The position numbers were made by a program, and so were the translations under genes. The notes beneath the pieces were generated by a model. The model searched no databases and was not told where the DNA came from. It saw only the letters and a list, made by a program, of their open reading frames with translations. Positions 50,950 through 60,108 of a stretch of 64,000 nucleotides of DNA are shown here, piece by piece. The stretch spans positions 1,344,001 through 1,408,000 of the forward strand of contig CP122380.1 in the NCBI GenBank assembly GCA_024650005.2, written 5' to 3'. The DNA comes from Candidatus Bathyarchaeum tardum. GTDB lineage: Archaea > Thermoproteota > Bathyarchaeia > Bathyarchaeales > Bathyarchaeaceae. Within the stretch, counting starts at the first letter, position 1. Every line of letters begins with the position of its first letter.

Positions 50950-51210
50950 TTAGAGGATGCCCAGTTTGATCGCAAGATCAGATGCTTTATGTTCAGGAGT
51001 TAACCTGACAAACGCCTTTTTTTCTCCCTTGGGAGTTATGGTAGAGTTGACGCTTAACACGTCAACATCGTAGAGTTCTTCTACTGCCCGTTTGATGTCT
51101 GCTTTGGTTGCTTTTTTGCTGACAATAAAGACTAGTTTGTTTTCTGTTTCAAGAATGCGGCTGGTTACTTCAGTCATAACCGGATAACAGATAGCTTTGT
51201 ATGCATCCAT
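50950..51210 (-). CDS. rpl23: 50S ribosomal protein uL23
   Basis: YPVMTE, NKLVFIV..KATKADIK, KKAFVRL; start at ATG 51210 right after the rpl4 stop. Confidence 0.95.
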   Translation of the reverse strand: MDAYKAICYPVMTEVTSRILETENKLVFIVSKKATKADIKRAVEELYDVDVLSVNSTITPKGEKKAFVRLTPEHKASDLAIKLGIL

Positions 51211-51211
51211 T

Positions 51212-51994
51212 TTAGTTTCCTCCAAATACAGTTTCAACTTTTTCAAAAGCTGAATTCGTCCAAACTGTTAATCGTCCCATGTGAGTTCCTGGCGCCAAAA
51301 GTTCAGCGTTCAAGTTCTCAACAGAAACAACATCCAAACCAGGAAGGTTTCGTGCAGCTTCAGCAACTCCATCGTTTTTTGCTATTACTAACAAAGGACC
51401 AATGGCTTGTTTCATTTTGCGTCCTCGCATTTTTCCTTTTCCTGCTCGGACTTTGCGGCTTTCTTTTACACGGAAAATATCTGCCCATACCCCAAGGTGA
51501 GACAATGTTTCTTCAACTTCTTGGGTTTTTTTTAGACTTTGAATTTCGTCTACAACTACCAACGGGAAGTCTGGGACTTCATCTACCATATGACCTCTAG
51601 CTGATACTGTTTCTTTGGAAGCTGTTGCAGCAACAGCAGAACGTAATGCCAGATTCATTTCTTTTTTCGGCAATTTCTTTTTAATTTTCTTTATAGATTC
51701 TGGAGGATGAGCTGATCGACCACCTACTACTCCAGGAGCAAAAGCTGCCCGTTGCCCTCGTTCTTTAAATCGGGGAACACGAGAAATGCCTAAACCAGCG
51801 TGGCGAGATTCTGCAGTGTTTTTCTTTCCAGCCATTGGGTCTCGGCCTTGAGGCTGATACTTGTGGGACTGGATTGTAACTACTGCACGTTTTACTACAT
51901 CTGGTCTGCTGATTGTGTTGAATATTCGGGGCAGATTAAGTTGGCTGACTTCTTTGCCGTTTAGATCAAATACTTTAGCTGAAATTTTACCCAT
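51212..51994 (-). CDS. rpl4: 50S ribosomal protein uL4
   Basis: QGRDPMAG, GGRSAHPP, RAGKGKMRGR, LAPGTH.GRLT. Confidence 0.96.
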   Translation of the reverse strand: MGKISAKVFDLNGKEVSQLNLPRIFNTISRPDVVKRAVVTIQSHKYQPQGRDPMAGKKNTAESRHAGLGISRVPRFKERGQRAAFAPGVVGGRSAHPPESIKKIKKKLPKKEMNLALRSAVAATASKETVSARGHMVDEVPDFPLVVVDEIQSLKKTQEVEETLSHLGVWADIFRVKESRKVRAGKGKMRGRKMKQAIGPLLVIAKNDGVAEAARNLPGLDVVSVENLNAELLAPGTHMGRLTVWTNSAFEKVETVFGGN

Positions 51995-52008
51995 TGTTTA
52001 TTCACCAA

Positions 52009-53016
52009 TTATTTTTGTGTAGACTCCAAAGAAATGTAAGTAATGTTTGGGGATACTTCAGCAGTTTTAGTTGGAGGACGAGCTGGAAACCGTAATGTTA
52101 CAACACGTTTTGCTGGACCTGGAAGGCTGCCATCAACTAGTAAGTAAGTTCCTTTAACTTCTCCATACCTTACAAAACCGCCTTTTGGAGTAATTTCTTT
52201 TCCGTCAATTCCAATTTTTAGGATACGTTTATTGTATTCTGTTCTTTGGTGGTAACCCATCTGTCCAGACCGGGGAACACTGTAAAGTACTCGGGCAGGT
52301 TTCCATGGAGCAATTGCTGCAACAGCTCGTTTTCCTTTTCTGGATTTACGGGGCAAAATGTTGACGCCCCAGCGTTTTACTGGTCCTTGGAATCCTTTGC
52401 CTTTTGTTATTGCTATTGCGTCCATGAATTGTCCTTCTTTAAAGATGTCTGTTACTGAAACAGTTTTTCCGAGTAAACCTTTTGCGTAATCAAACTGTTC
52501 TTGGATTGAACCGCCATCAACCTTGATTTCTGCGGAGTCAGGTTTTTTCTTTGGCACAGATGCAAGGCGGGGTTGTGTTGCTACTAGAACGCGGATTTCT
52601 GCAATTTTTTCGAGGTTTTCTTCAATTTGTAAGAGTTTTTCCACGGTTTTGAATTCTTCAGGCAACACAAACGCTCGTTCAAAATCTTTGGGCGGATTTT
52701 GCATCCATGCTTCCGTGAAAGTGTGTAGACCATATTGGTCTTTTGTGTAAGTGCGAATTGCATACACAATTACGGGGGGAACTTCCAATATTGTTGCTGG
52801 ATGAGAAGTTTCTTTTCCCATATGTAGGGAGCCGGGTTTGTCCTCTATCATGTTGATGTGAGTCATTCCAGCTTTGTAACCCATGAAACCGAGCATTGTC
52901 GGTCCTTCTTCTACTTTAGGCCAGAAACGGATTCTTCCTACCGTTCGTTTGGCACGGCCTCTTGGTAAATACGCTAATGAACCATGCTTAGGCGCAGACT
53001 TTTTTCTATGACCCAT
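52009..53016 (-). CDS. rpl3: 50S ribosomal protein uL3
   Basis: HGSLAYLPR, GYKAGMTH, TKGKGFQGPVKRWG, GQMGYHQRTEYNK. Confidence 0.96.
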   Translation of the reverse strand: MGHRKKSAPKHGSLAYLPRGRAKRTVGRIRFWPKVEEGPTMLGFMGYKAGMTHINMIEDKPGSLHMGKETSHPATILEVPPVIVYAIRTYTKDQYGLHTFTEAWMQNPPKDFERAFVLPEEFKTVEKLLQIEENLEKIAEIRVLVATQPRLASVPKKKPDSAEIKVDGGSIQEQFDYAKGLLGKTVSVTDIFKEGQFMDAIAITKGKGFQGPVKRWGVNILPRKSRKGKRAVAAIAPWKPARVLYSVPRSGQMGYHQRTEYNKRILKIGIDGKEITPKGGFVRYGEVKGTYLLVDGSLPGPAKRVVTLRFPARPPTKTAEVSPNITYISLESTQK

Positions 53017-53166
53017 GCTAATATCCTTCTTGTGTTTTAGTTACAGTTCGTCTTTTCCAATAATAACGTCAGGTTATAAACTTTATCTATTCGGTGGATA
53101 TATCGCCACTGTTTTACCGATTTTTTGCACCCTTCCCCCTTTTTTATTTAATTAGGAGACTCTAAA

Positions 53167-53391
53167 ATGGGACAGGAAAAAGAATTAACAATACTAATTG
53201 TTTGTTTATTCTTTGGACTTTTGGTAGTTGGTGCAGTTCTTAACAATATCAACACGCCATTAAACACCGAAGGCTTACTGTTCAGTATGGGGATAGAAAC
53301 AGCAGGTTCTAGCATATATCATAGCTTTGTTTTTTTAGTGCTATTGTGGTATTACGTGGCATTGTATTTTTCATTTGTTATTTTTATCTAA
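53167..53391 (+). CDS. Small two-TM hypothetical protein
   Basis: AGGAG RBS-like sequence upstream; two hydrophobic helices. Confidence 0.45.
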   Translation: MGQEKELTILIVCLFFGLLVVGAVLNNINTPLNTEGLLFSMGIETAGSSIYHSFVFLVLLWYYVALYFSFVIFI

Positions 53392-53650
53392 ACAGATATG
53401 CAGACTATTTACAGACAAATACACAGCGAAATTCTTACGGCTAACGGCTGACACACATTAATTAATTATAGAAAGCAAAAATCGCTTAAGTTTTGCTTCT
53501 TTTTGCCCTAAAAACAATTATGCTTCTTAATAGAGCAAACCACAAAAATTTTTGTAGAAAATGGCACATCTTTATAAGGGCTTCAATAAAAAGAGATGGC
53601 GAAAAACAAGACACGGAGTAAAAAACCAAAATAAGCTGAAAATAGATACT

Positions 53651-53686
53651 GTCGAAATAGAAAATCCATTAAAACAAGGATTGAAC
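53651..53686 (+). repeat. Solitary CRISPR-repeat-like unit, copy 2
   Basis: GTCGAAATAGAAAATCCATTAAAACAAGGATTGAAC; preceded by an AT-rich leader-like region with TTTATAAG at 53571; similar to 1782-1818. Confidence 0.72.
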
Positions 53687-53724
53687 AAGATCGTCATAAT
53701 TTCAAACCAATTTAGTTTGGCATA

Positions 53725-54585
53725 TTAATCAGGTTGGTTTTTGGTTTTTGAATTTAAAAGGTCAAGAATTTGTTTTCTTGCTTGACCGATTGTAAGAGGA
53801 AGAGGGCCATCAATTGGAAGTTTGTCTTCGTTGCATAAAATTTCAAAAAGATGGGTAAGGCGAGGTGACCGCAAATTAACATCCCGTATAAGTTTAGTGT
53901 TAGAAAAGATTTCGTTAGGTGAGCCTTCGACTACAATCTTGCTTTTACTAAGAATGCAAACTTTGTTAGCAAACAAAGGAACCATATCCACGTCATGGGT
54001 GGCCATTATCAAAGTTATTCCTGATTCTTTGTTTAATTTTAATAGCAAATGCAAAATCTCACTAGATGCCCGTGGATCCAAATTAGAGGTAGGCTCATCC
54101 ATTACAATAACTTCAGGATGCATTGCAAGTACTCCTGCCAAAGCAACCCGTTTTTTTTGTCCTAAACTCAGAAAATGGGGGGGTTTTTCAGCAAATTTGG
54201 TCATGCCCACAATTTCAAGGGCTTCCTTAACAGAAGTTTTAATTTCGTCCGGAGACATTCTGAGATTCAAAGGACCAAAGGCTACATCTTGTTTTACTGT
54301 TGGAGCAAACAGTTGGTCGTTTGGGTCCTGAAAAACGTATCCTACACGTTTTCGTAGTTTGCGTAACGAATCCGACTTGTAGTCTAATGGAGTGTCTTCA
54401 AAGTAAACGGTTCCAGATGTTGGTTCCAGTATTCCATTTAGATGAAGAAGCAATGTTGTTTTTCCTGAACCGTTGGTGCCTAGAAGGGCAGTTCGGTCAC
54501 CTTTGGGAAAGCAGGTTGTTGCATCGTTGAGGGCAAGGGTTCCGTCGTCGTATTTGTGGGAAACATTTTCTAAACGAAAGGACAT
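53725..54585 (-). CDS. cbiO: ECF cobalt/nickel transporter ATPase
   Basis: GTNGSGKTT, VFQDPNDQLF, LSLGQKKR, DEPT; TAATG overlap with cbiQ. Confidence 0.92.
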   Translation of the reverse strand: MSFRLENVSHKYDDGTLALNDATTCFPKGDRTALLGTNGSGKTTLLLHLNGILEPTSGTVYFEDTPLDYKSDSLRKLRKRVGYVFQDPNDQLFAPTVKQDVAFGPLNLRMSPDEIKTSVKEALEIVGMTKFAEKPPHFLSLGQKKRVALAGVLAMHPEVIVMDEPTSNLDPRASSEILHLLLKLNKESGITLIMATHDVDMVPLFANKVCILSKSKIVVEGSPNEIFSNTKLIRDVNLRSPRLTHLFEILCNEDKLPIDGPLPLTIGQARKQILDLLNSKTKNQPD

Positions 54586-55388
54586 TAGGTTATCAAACTC
54601 CATCCCGATGCAGTTAAAACTGATGCCAGTATCAAGAAAACGTCAAAAAAAAGTATTCCGATAACCAACCAAAGCCTTGGATTAGGTAAGTCGTCTAGGA
54701 TTTGGATTTCTCCGTCATAGCCTCGGGCGCTCATCGCTGTGAAGGTGCGTTCTCCTTGTTCCAAAGTTCTAATGAACAGGTTTCCCGCGAGCAGGGCTGT
54801 TGATTTGATTTTGCTGATCCAGTTTGTGTTCCCAAGGCGCATCTCTTGAGCGGTGTTCATTTGAGATGCAATTTCAAGCAAAAGAAAGATGTAACGGTAA
54901 ATCAAAAGGGACATTTCAATCAAAATCTGAGGAACATGGATTCTTCTGAGCAAGATCAGAATGTCAGTTATGGGAGTAGTTAAAACAAGAAAATATAAGC
55001 AAGAAATCCCTCCTGCAACCCGCAGAAAGGTTGCTACAGCCATTGTAACGCCACTTTTGAAGATTGTCCAACTGAACCATGGAGTAGCAATTTCCATTAA
55101 TGACTCACCGTAACCAAAGAAAAGGGCAATCAATACACAACTTAATAGAGCAGTTGCAAGGGGGTACAACAACATTTTCCAATAAAAATGAGCAGGGATT
55201 TTGGCATACAACAAAAGCAATGCTAAATTTATGAAAAAAACAAAAAACGGTATTATTGGAGATGGAGACGCTACAGAGATTACCAGAACAGAAAGGGCAA
55301 ACAAGAGTTTAGTTGCAGGTGAAGTTTTAGCTAAATTATTAGTGTACGCGTATCTGTCAACGCGTGCGCCTATTTGACCGAACTGCAT
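54585..55388 (-). CDS. cbiQ: ECF transporter T component
   Basis: LIYRYIF, AQEMRLG, AMSARGYDG. Confidence 0.92.
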   Translation of the reverse strand: MQFGQIGARVDRYAYTNNLAKTSPATKLLFALSVLVISVASPSPIIPFFVFFINLALLLLYAKIPAHFYWKMLLYPLATALLSCVLIALFFGYGESLMEIATPWFSWTIFKSGVTMAVATFLRVAGGISCLYFLVLTTPITDILILLRRIHVPQILIEMSLLIYRYIFLLLEIASQMNTAQEMRLGNTNWISKIKSTALLAGNLFIRTLEQGERTFTAMSARGYDGEIQILDDLPNPRLWLVIGILFFDVFLILASVLTASGWSLIT

Positions 55389-55415
55389 AGCCTATATTCT
55401 CAGAGGTATAGATAT

Positions 55416-55697
55416 TTAATCTGTGTCTTCCCGTGGGGCGCGTTTCCCTTTTTCGTAGCCAATGAAATATCCAATTATTATTGCACCTATTGCTGCTTGG
55501 GTTACAAACAACAGGCTTTCAATTTCGCCACTTGGAGGTTCCCAAATGGATTCAAACCAAGGTTCGTAACCTGTTTCTAAAATTAGGTCTTCTGCTGCTC
55601 CGTCAGCTCCGCCGTATTCTGCGTTTGGGACTAAGATTAAAGGTACAAGAACTAATGCAACAACAGCTGCTAGCATGATGATGTGTTTGGTTTCCAT
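55416..55697 (-). CDS. cbiN: Cobalt transport protein CbiN
   Basis: YGGADG, YEPWFE.IWEPPSGEIESLLF..QAAIGA. Confidence 0.93.
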   Translation of the reverse strand: METKHIIMLAAVVALVLVPLILVPNAEYGGADGAAEDLILETGYEPWFESIWEPPSGEIESLLFVTQAAIGAIIIGYFIGYEKGKRAPREDTD

Positions 55698-55700
55698 TGT

Positions 55701-56384
55701 TTAGTTTCCTCGCGTTAGGGCTGAGGGCAAGTTAACTGCCCCTATTGTATTCAAAAGTTTTCCTTTGTACTTCACTAAGAAGTCAAATAAGAAGACTGCC
55801 AATATTCCTTCAGCAATTGCTAAAGGAATTTGTGTTACAGCAAATACGGTTCCAAACTTTGCAAAGGCATCCAAGAAACCAGCAGCTGTAGGAAAAGCCA
55901 AAGCAAGCTGTACTGAAGTCGCAACGTATGTTAACAGGTTACCTAATGCAACTGCAAGAAATACTCCAAAGGAACTAGGTACCTTTGCTTTTTTGCAGAT
56001 TACCCAAGTTCCATAGGCTACAACTGGTCCAACAATTCCCATTGAAACTACGTTAGCACCTAATGTGGTCAAACCGCCATGGGCAAGAAGCAGGGCTTGG
56101 AACACTAATACTAGCATTGAAAGAACCGCTGCGATTGCGGGTCCAAAGATTACCGCAGCTAAACCTGAACCAGTTGGATGCGAACAGCTACCAGTTACTG
56201 AGGGAAGTTTCAAAGCAGACAAAACAAAGATAAAAGCGCCAACAAGTGCAAGAAGAGGTTTTGTTTTCGGGTTGTTTTTTGTAACAAGGGAGATTCTGTA
56301 AATTCCATATATTACTACGGGTATCATTACTATCGTCCAAAGTTCCCACCAAGGGCTTGGCAGAAAGCCTTCCATAATATGCAT
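55701..56384 (-). CDS. cbiM: Cobalt ECF transporter S component
   Basis: N-terminal MHIMEGFLP, GSCSHPTG, HGGLTTLGAN. Confidence 0.95.
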   Translation of the reverse strand: MHIMEGFLPSPWWELWTIVMIPVVIYGIYRISLVTKNNPKTKPLLALVGAFIFVLSALKLPSVTGSCSHPTGSGLAAVIFGPAIAAVLSMLVLVFQALLLAHGGLTTLGANVVSMGIVGPVVAYGTWVICKKAKVPSSFGVFLAVALGNLLTYVATSVQLALAFPTAAGFLDAFAKFGTVFAVTQIPLAIAEGILAVFLFDFLVKYKGKLLNTIGAVNLPSALTRGN

Positions 56385-56516
56385 AAATTAATCACTGAAC
56401 CCGGATAAGCCATCCAGTTGCATATATAATTTGTTTCAACCAAAGTTTAATAGAAGTTGAATAGAAGCAACAAATGAAAAAATGATTCTTTCCAAAGAAA
56501 ATGTAACTTTAAACCT

Positions 56517-56936
56517 CTAAAGGGATTTTGCTAAATTCACAACCTTACTTTTTATGCGGTCAAACTCTTTTGAAGCTTGTTTGTAAGGCAGCTTATAGGG
56601 ATCGTTGATGTGCCAAACTACAACTTTGTCTACACATTCAGGTGACTGATTCAACACTGCTTGTTCGTGTTCCTCTTCCATTGCAATTATCAAATTATAA
56701 TCAAGTAGATTCTTAGAATCTATATCGTCTGGAACCTTTTTTAAAAAATCTGCCACACCCTCTTGCTCGGCGTATCTTCGGGTCAAATCAACAACTTTGT
56801 AATAAGGATAAGTTCCCGCAGAATCAACGTCAACGTCGGGTCGCAATTTTTTTAGCAAAGCATCAGCTAATGGGCTTCTACAAGCGTTCCCTGAGCAAAC
56901 AAACAGTATTTTCACGTAATGCACCTTCACTTTCAT
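56517..56936 (-). CDS. Low-molecular-weight phosphatase / ArsC-like protein
   Basis: P-loop CSGNACRS, DSAG, WHINDPY. Confidence 0.88.
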   Translation of the reverse strand: MKVKVHYVKILFVCSGNACRSPLADALLKKLRPDVDVDSAGTYPYYKVVDLTRRYAEQEGVADFLKKVPDDIDSKNLLDYNLIIAMEEEHEQAVLNQSPECVDKVVVWHINDPYKLPYKQASKEFDRIKSKVVNLAKSL

Positions 56937-56990
56937 GTTGTTACTTGCGTGGAATCTTATAAACCCACATTTTGATAAAAATTGGATAGT

Positions 56991-57793
56991 TTAAATTGCT
57001 ATACAGCTAAAAATGTTGTAATGTAACCAAGCCGTGAAATGTTCCATGGAGCAAGTGTAGACTGAAGATTTTTGTCTGAATTGTTGACTTATTTGTTTTT
57101 GAATCTCTTGAATTTGATAAGGAGAAAGACCGTATCTTTCGGTCAATTCAGTAGAGTTAAGTTGGAGTTCAGCTGCTTGGCATATGCTGTACACATGGAA
57201 TCCTACTTGAATTAATATAGATTTTAGGTCATTTGTTGTGGTGTACCATTTTTGGGTGCCCATTAAGTTGTACAGTAAATTCAAGCATTTGGCATCTCTT
57301 TGGTTTTGAAAGCAAGCAGACTGATGAATAAAGATTTCACCTGTTTTAAGTTGATTTCGAATGTGCTGCAATACAGGTTTGAGACCTTTTGCCCCAAAAT
57401 AATGAAGAATCGACCGGGAAATTAACATCAGCCTATTTTCGTTTGGTTGAAGCTGTTCTCTTGTGATTTGCTCAATTGATGTTTGAATGTGTTTTATTCG
57501 ATGGTCTCTAATTTCTGAAAGCTGCAAAGGTGATGTGTCTACATTAACTAATTTTATTGATTCGGGAACCTCTTGTTGGTTTAGGAGCTGTTTTAAGATA
57601 AAACTTGTCCCACCTCCAAGGTCTGCTACCATTTGGGGATGGTTTGTTCGTATTGCTTGTTTGATTACTTCTATAAAGGGAAAAGCTATACTTTGGTCAG
57701 AGAAGTATCCGTTGTGGATGGTTTTCCATTTGTTTCCATAGATCCCATTTTCTTTTGAATTTACGATATTTGTTCCCTCAATAATTGATTCAC
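56991..57793 (-). CDS. Class I SAM methyltransferase-like protein with an apparent 5' frameshift
   Basis: ADLGGGT motif; the frame stays open for 57 codons upstream of ATG 57632 with no canonical start; an out-of-frame GTG lies at 57793. Confidence 0.65.
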
Positions 57794-57803
57794 AATTTTT
57801 GGT

Positions 57804-58535
57804 TTAAGGCAATATTAAATTGAAGTTGTTTATTTGATCTATTTCTATAGTGGCATTTTCTATGATGAATTCTAACAAGTGTCCGCCAGCAGAATGATCA
57901 TCAGTTATTAAATGGAAATGAAATCCTGCATAATCGATTCCGTCCATGCTGCTTGGGAACCAAAAACCCACTGCGGTTGCGGAAACATTGGTTAAATCAA
58001 AAACTGACTGGTTTTTTACAACATCTGCAATTATTGGATACGGTTTAGTTTGTGCTGGAACGCTTCTAGTTTGGGCATAAAGGCAGTTTCCACTTATTTT
58101 TATTGCATATATCGCATTTTTTTTGGGCATAAAACTTAGAATATTTGTTTGAATTTCAGAATAGTTTACTGGACCAATTAGAGTTTTGGTTTCATCTGCA
58201 TCAAAGAAAGTAACAGTAGCATTTGGAGCAGTCATGTTAGGATCAACCTGTTTAGGGTTTCCATCAAAAGGAATTTGATAAAAGACTCTATCCAATGCAA
58301 TCATTTCTCCATCCAGTTTATCGAATGTACCGATGCCAAAGTCACCATGTTCAGCCAATTCCCGGTAACTCAAATACCCGTCATATTTTCCTGAACAAAA
58401 AGTATTGAATGTTTTAAGTTGAAATAAAGTTTCAGTATCGGGCATTATCTCGTTGTTTGTTTGAATGGACCAAAGCACACAAAAAGCACTTGAAAAAACT
58501 ACAGTTAAAAGAGCCACCCCATCACAAGCAACCAT
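57804..58535 (-). CDS. alsD: Alpha-acetolactate decarboxylase family protein with hydrophobic N-terminus
   Basis: HGDFGIGTF..LDGEM, TRSVP.Q..PY, AGFHFH, GGHLL. Confidence 0.88.
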   Translation of the reverse strand: MVACDGVALLTVVFSSAFCVLWSIQTNNEIMPDTETLFQLKTFNTFCSGKYDGYLSYRELAEHGDFGIGTFDKLDGEMIALDRVFYQIPFDGNPKQVDPNMTAPNATVTFFDADETKTLIGPVNYSEIQTNILSFMPKKNAIYAIKISGNCLYAQTRSVPAQTKPYPIIADVVKNQSVFDLTNVSATAVGFWFPSSMDGIDYAGFHFHLITDDHSAGGHLLEFIIENATIEIDQINNFNLILP

Positions 58536-58663
58536 CTTTCTTTCAATAATGTCGCCACCAAAATCATGGTTTTATCTGAACAGACATATTCTTTTTATGC
58601 CCAAAAAACTGAATAATATATTAACTTATTTTACAACTATACAATTAAATCTGGTGAACAAAA

Positions 58664-59827
58664 ATGAAAGTGGGCACACTAACATGGGAATATCCTCCAA
58701 GGGTAGTAGGAGGAATAGCCCGCCACTGTGAAGGCTTAGCAAAAGCCCTAGTTAAACAAAAACATGATGTTCACCTGTTTACCCTTGATTTTCCAGGAGC
58801 CCCCAACTACGAAGAAATGGACGGCATCAAAGTATACCGGGCATCAACAGAATTAGGTCACCCGAATTTTCTGACATGGGTATTAATGTTCAATCACTTT
58901 TTGTCAAAACGAATGGCTGACATAACAAAGACAGTTGATTTTGACGTAATGCACATTCATGACTGGCTGGCAGCATTTTCAGGAATCTCCTTTAAACATT
59001 ACCTGAAAAAACCCATTGTGCTTACAATGCACAGCACCGAAGTCGGCAGAGCACAAGGACTCCACAGCCCAGACTCATTTTCTATTAACGGAATAGAATG
59101 GTGGGCAACCTACGAAGCAGATCGCGTAATAGTTTGCAGCCAGTCAATGAAAAACGAAATCTGTGACCACTTTAATCTCCCCCGAGAAAAAGTGGATATT
59201 ATTCCAAACGCCATAGATGCCGCAAATTACGAAATTCCAGTAGACCGTGGAGAAGTAAGAGAACGTTACGGAGTAGGATGGGGTGAAAAACTGATTCTAT
59301 GTGTAGGGCGTTTGGTTCCCCAAAAAGGAGTGGAATATTTCATTCGGGCGATACCCCTTATCGCCAAACGGTATCCAGAAGCAAAATTTATTATCGTAGG
59401 AGAAGGCTGGTCGCGCGACATTCTGGAAGCAGAAGCTCAAGAAAGTGGTCATGGAAACAAGATTGCATTTACGGGTTTTGCTTCAGACAAACAAGTAATC
59501 GAGTTAATGACAAGCGCCGATGTGTTGGTTGTACCTTCTGTTTATGAACCCTTTGGAATTGTAGCCTTAGAAGGAATGGCAACTGGAGTTCCAGTTGTAG
59601 CGAGTCAAGTAGGTGGTTTAGCTGAAGTTATCGACCATGACGAAACTGGAGTTTTTGTTTATCCAAGAAGCCCTGAATCCCTTGCGTGGGGAATTGATAA
59701 AGTGCTTTCTGACCCGGACCATGCTAAATATTTAACTAAGAATGCGAAAGAAAAGCTCCACAAGGCTTATAGTTGGGAAGCAGTAGCTATGAAAACTGTT
59801 GAGGTTTACAAAAAGGTGGTGGAATAA
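58664..59827 (+). CDS. GT4 glycosyltransferase (glycogen synthase-like)
   Basis: WEYPPRVVGG, HIHDW, HSTE.GR, PSVYEPFGIVALE. Confidence 0.9.
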   Translation: MKVGTLTWEYPPRVVGGIARHCEGLAKALVKQKHDVHLFTLDFPGAPNYEEMDGIKVYRASTELGHPNFLTWVLMFNHFLSKRMADITKTVDFDVMHIHDWLAAFSGISFKHYLKKPIVLTMHSTEVGRAQGLHSPDSFSINGIEWWATYEADRVIVCSQSMKNEICDHFNLPREKVDIIPNAIDAANYEIPVDRGEVRERYGVGWGEKLILCVGRLVPQKGVEYFIRAIPLIAKRYPEAKFIIVGEGWSRDILEAEAQESGHGNKIAFTGFASDKQVIELMTSADVLVVPSVYEPFGIVALEGMATGVPVVASQVGGLAEVIDHDETGVFVYPRSPESLAWGIDKVLSDPDHAKYLTKNAKEKLHKAYSWEAVAMKTVEVYKKVVE

Positions 59828-59828
59828 T

Positions 59829-60104
59829 ATGGGTGAGAACCATTCTTTTCGGTCACAAGCTGACGAGCAGCCCAATCAACTACGCCTTTTAATCATGCTT
59901 CATAACATTGGTGCCACCGAAGAACAAAAAGCGTTGACCATCAACCAAATTGCAGAATGGACACGAATGGACAGTTCAGAACTGCATGTCCATATTCAAA
60001 AACTAATTGAACTCGGGTATGCCCAGCAGTTCCGTTGGGAAGAAACCGACAAATACTATCTAACAACCAACGGCATCAGAAAAGTCCTGAGTTTATACAG
60101 CTAA
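59829..60104 (+). CDS. Small winged-helix protein
   Basis: LTINQIAEW..IQKLIELGY..YYLTTNG; ATG 1 nt after the GT4 stop. Confidence 0.7.
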   Translation: MGENHSFRSQADEQPNQLRLLIMLHNIGATEEQKALTINQIAEWTRMDSSELHVHIQKLIELGYAQQFRWEETDKYYLTTNGIRKVLSLYS

Positions 60105-60108
60105 ATCT

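Noticed and set aside
56398-56419. Imperfect palindrome upstream of cbiM as a cobalamin riboswitch or NikR site
   Set aside because: The leader is too short for a B12 element and does not match the NikR box; it could be a weak operator but is unsupported.
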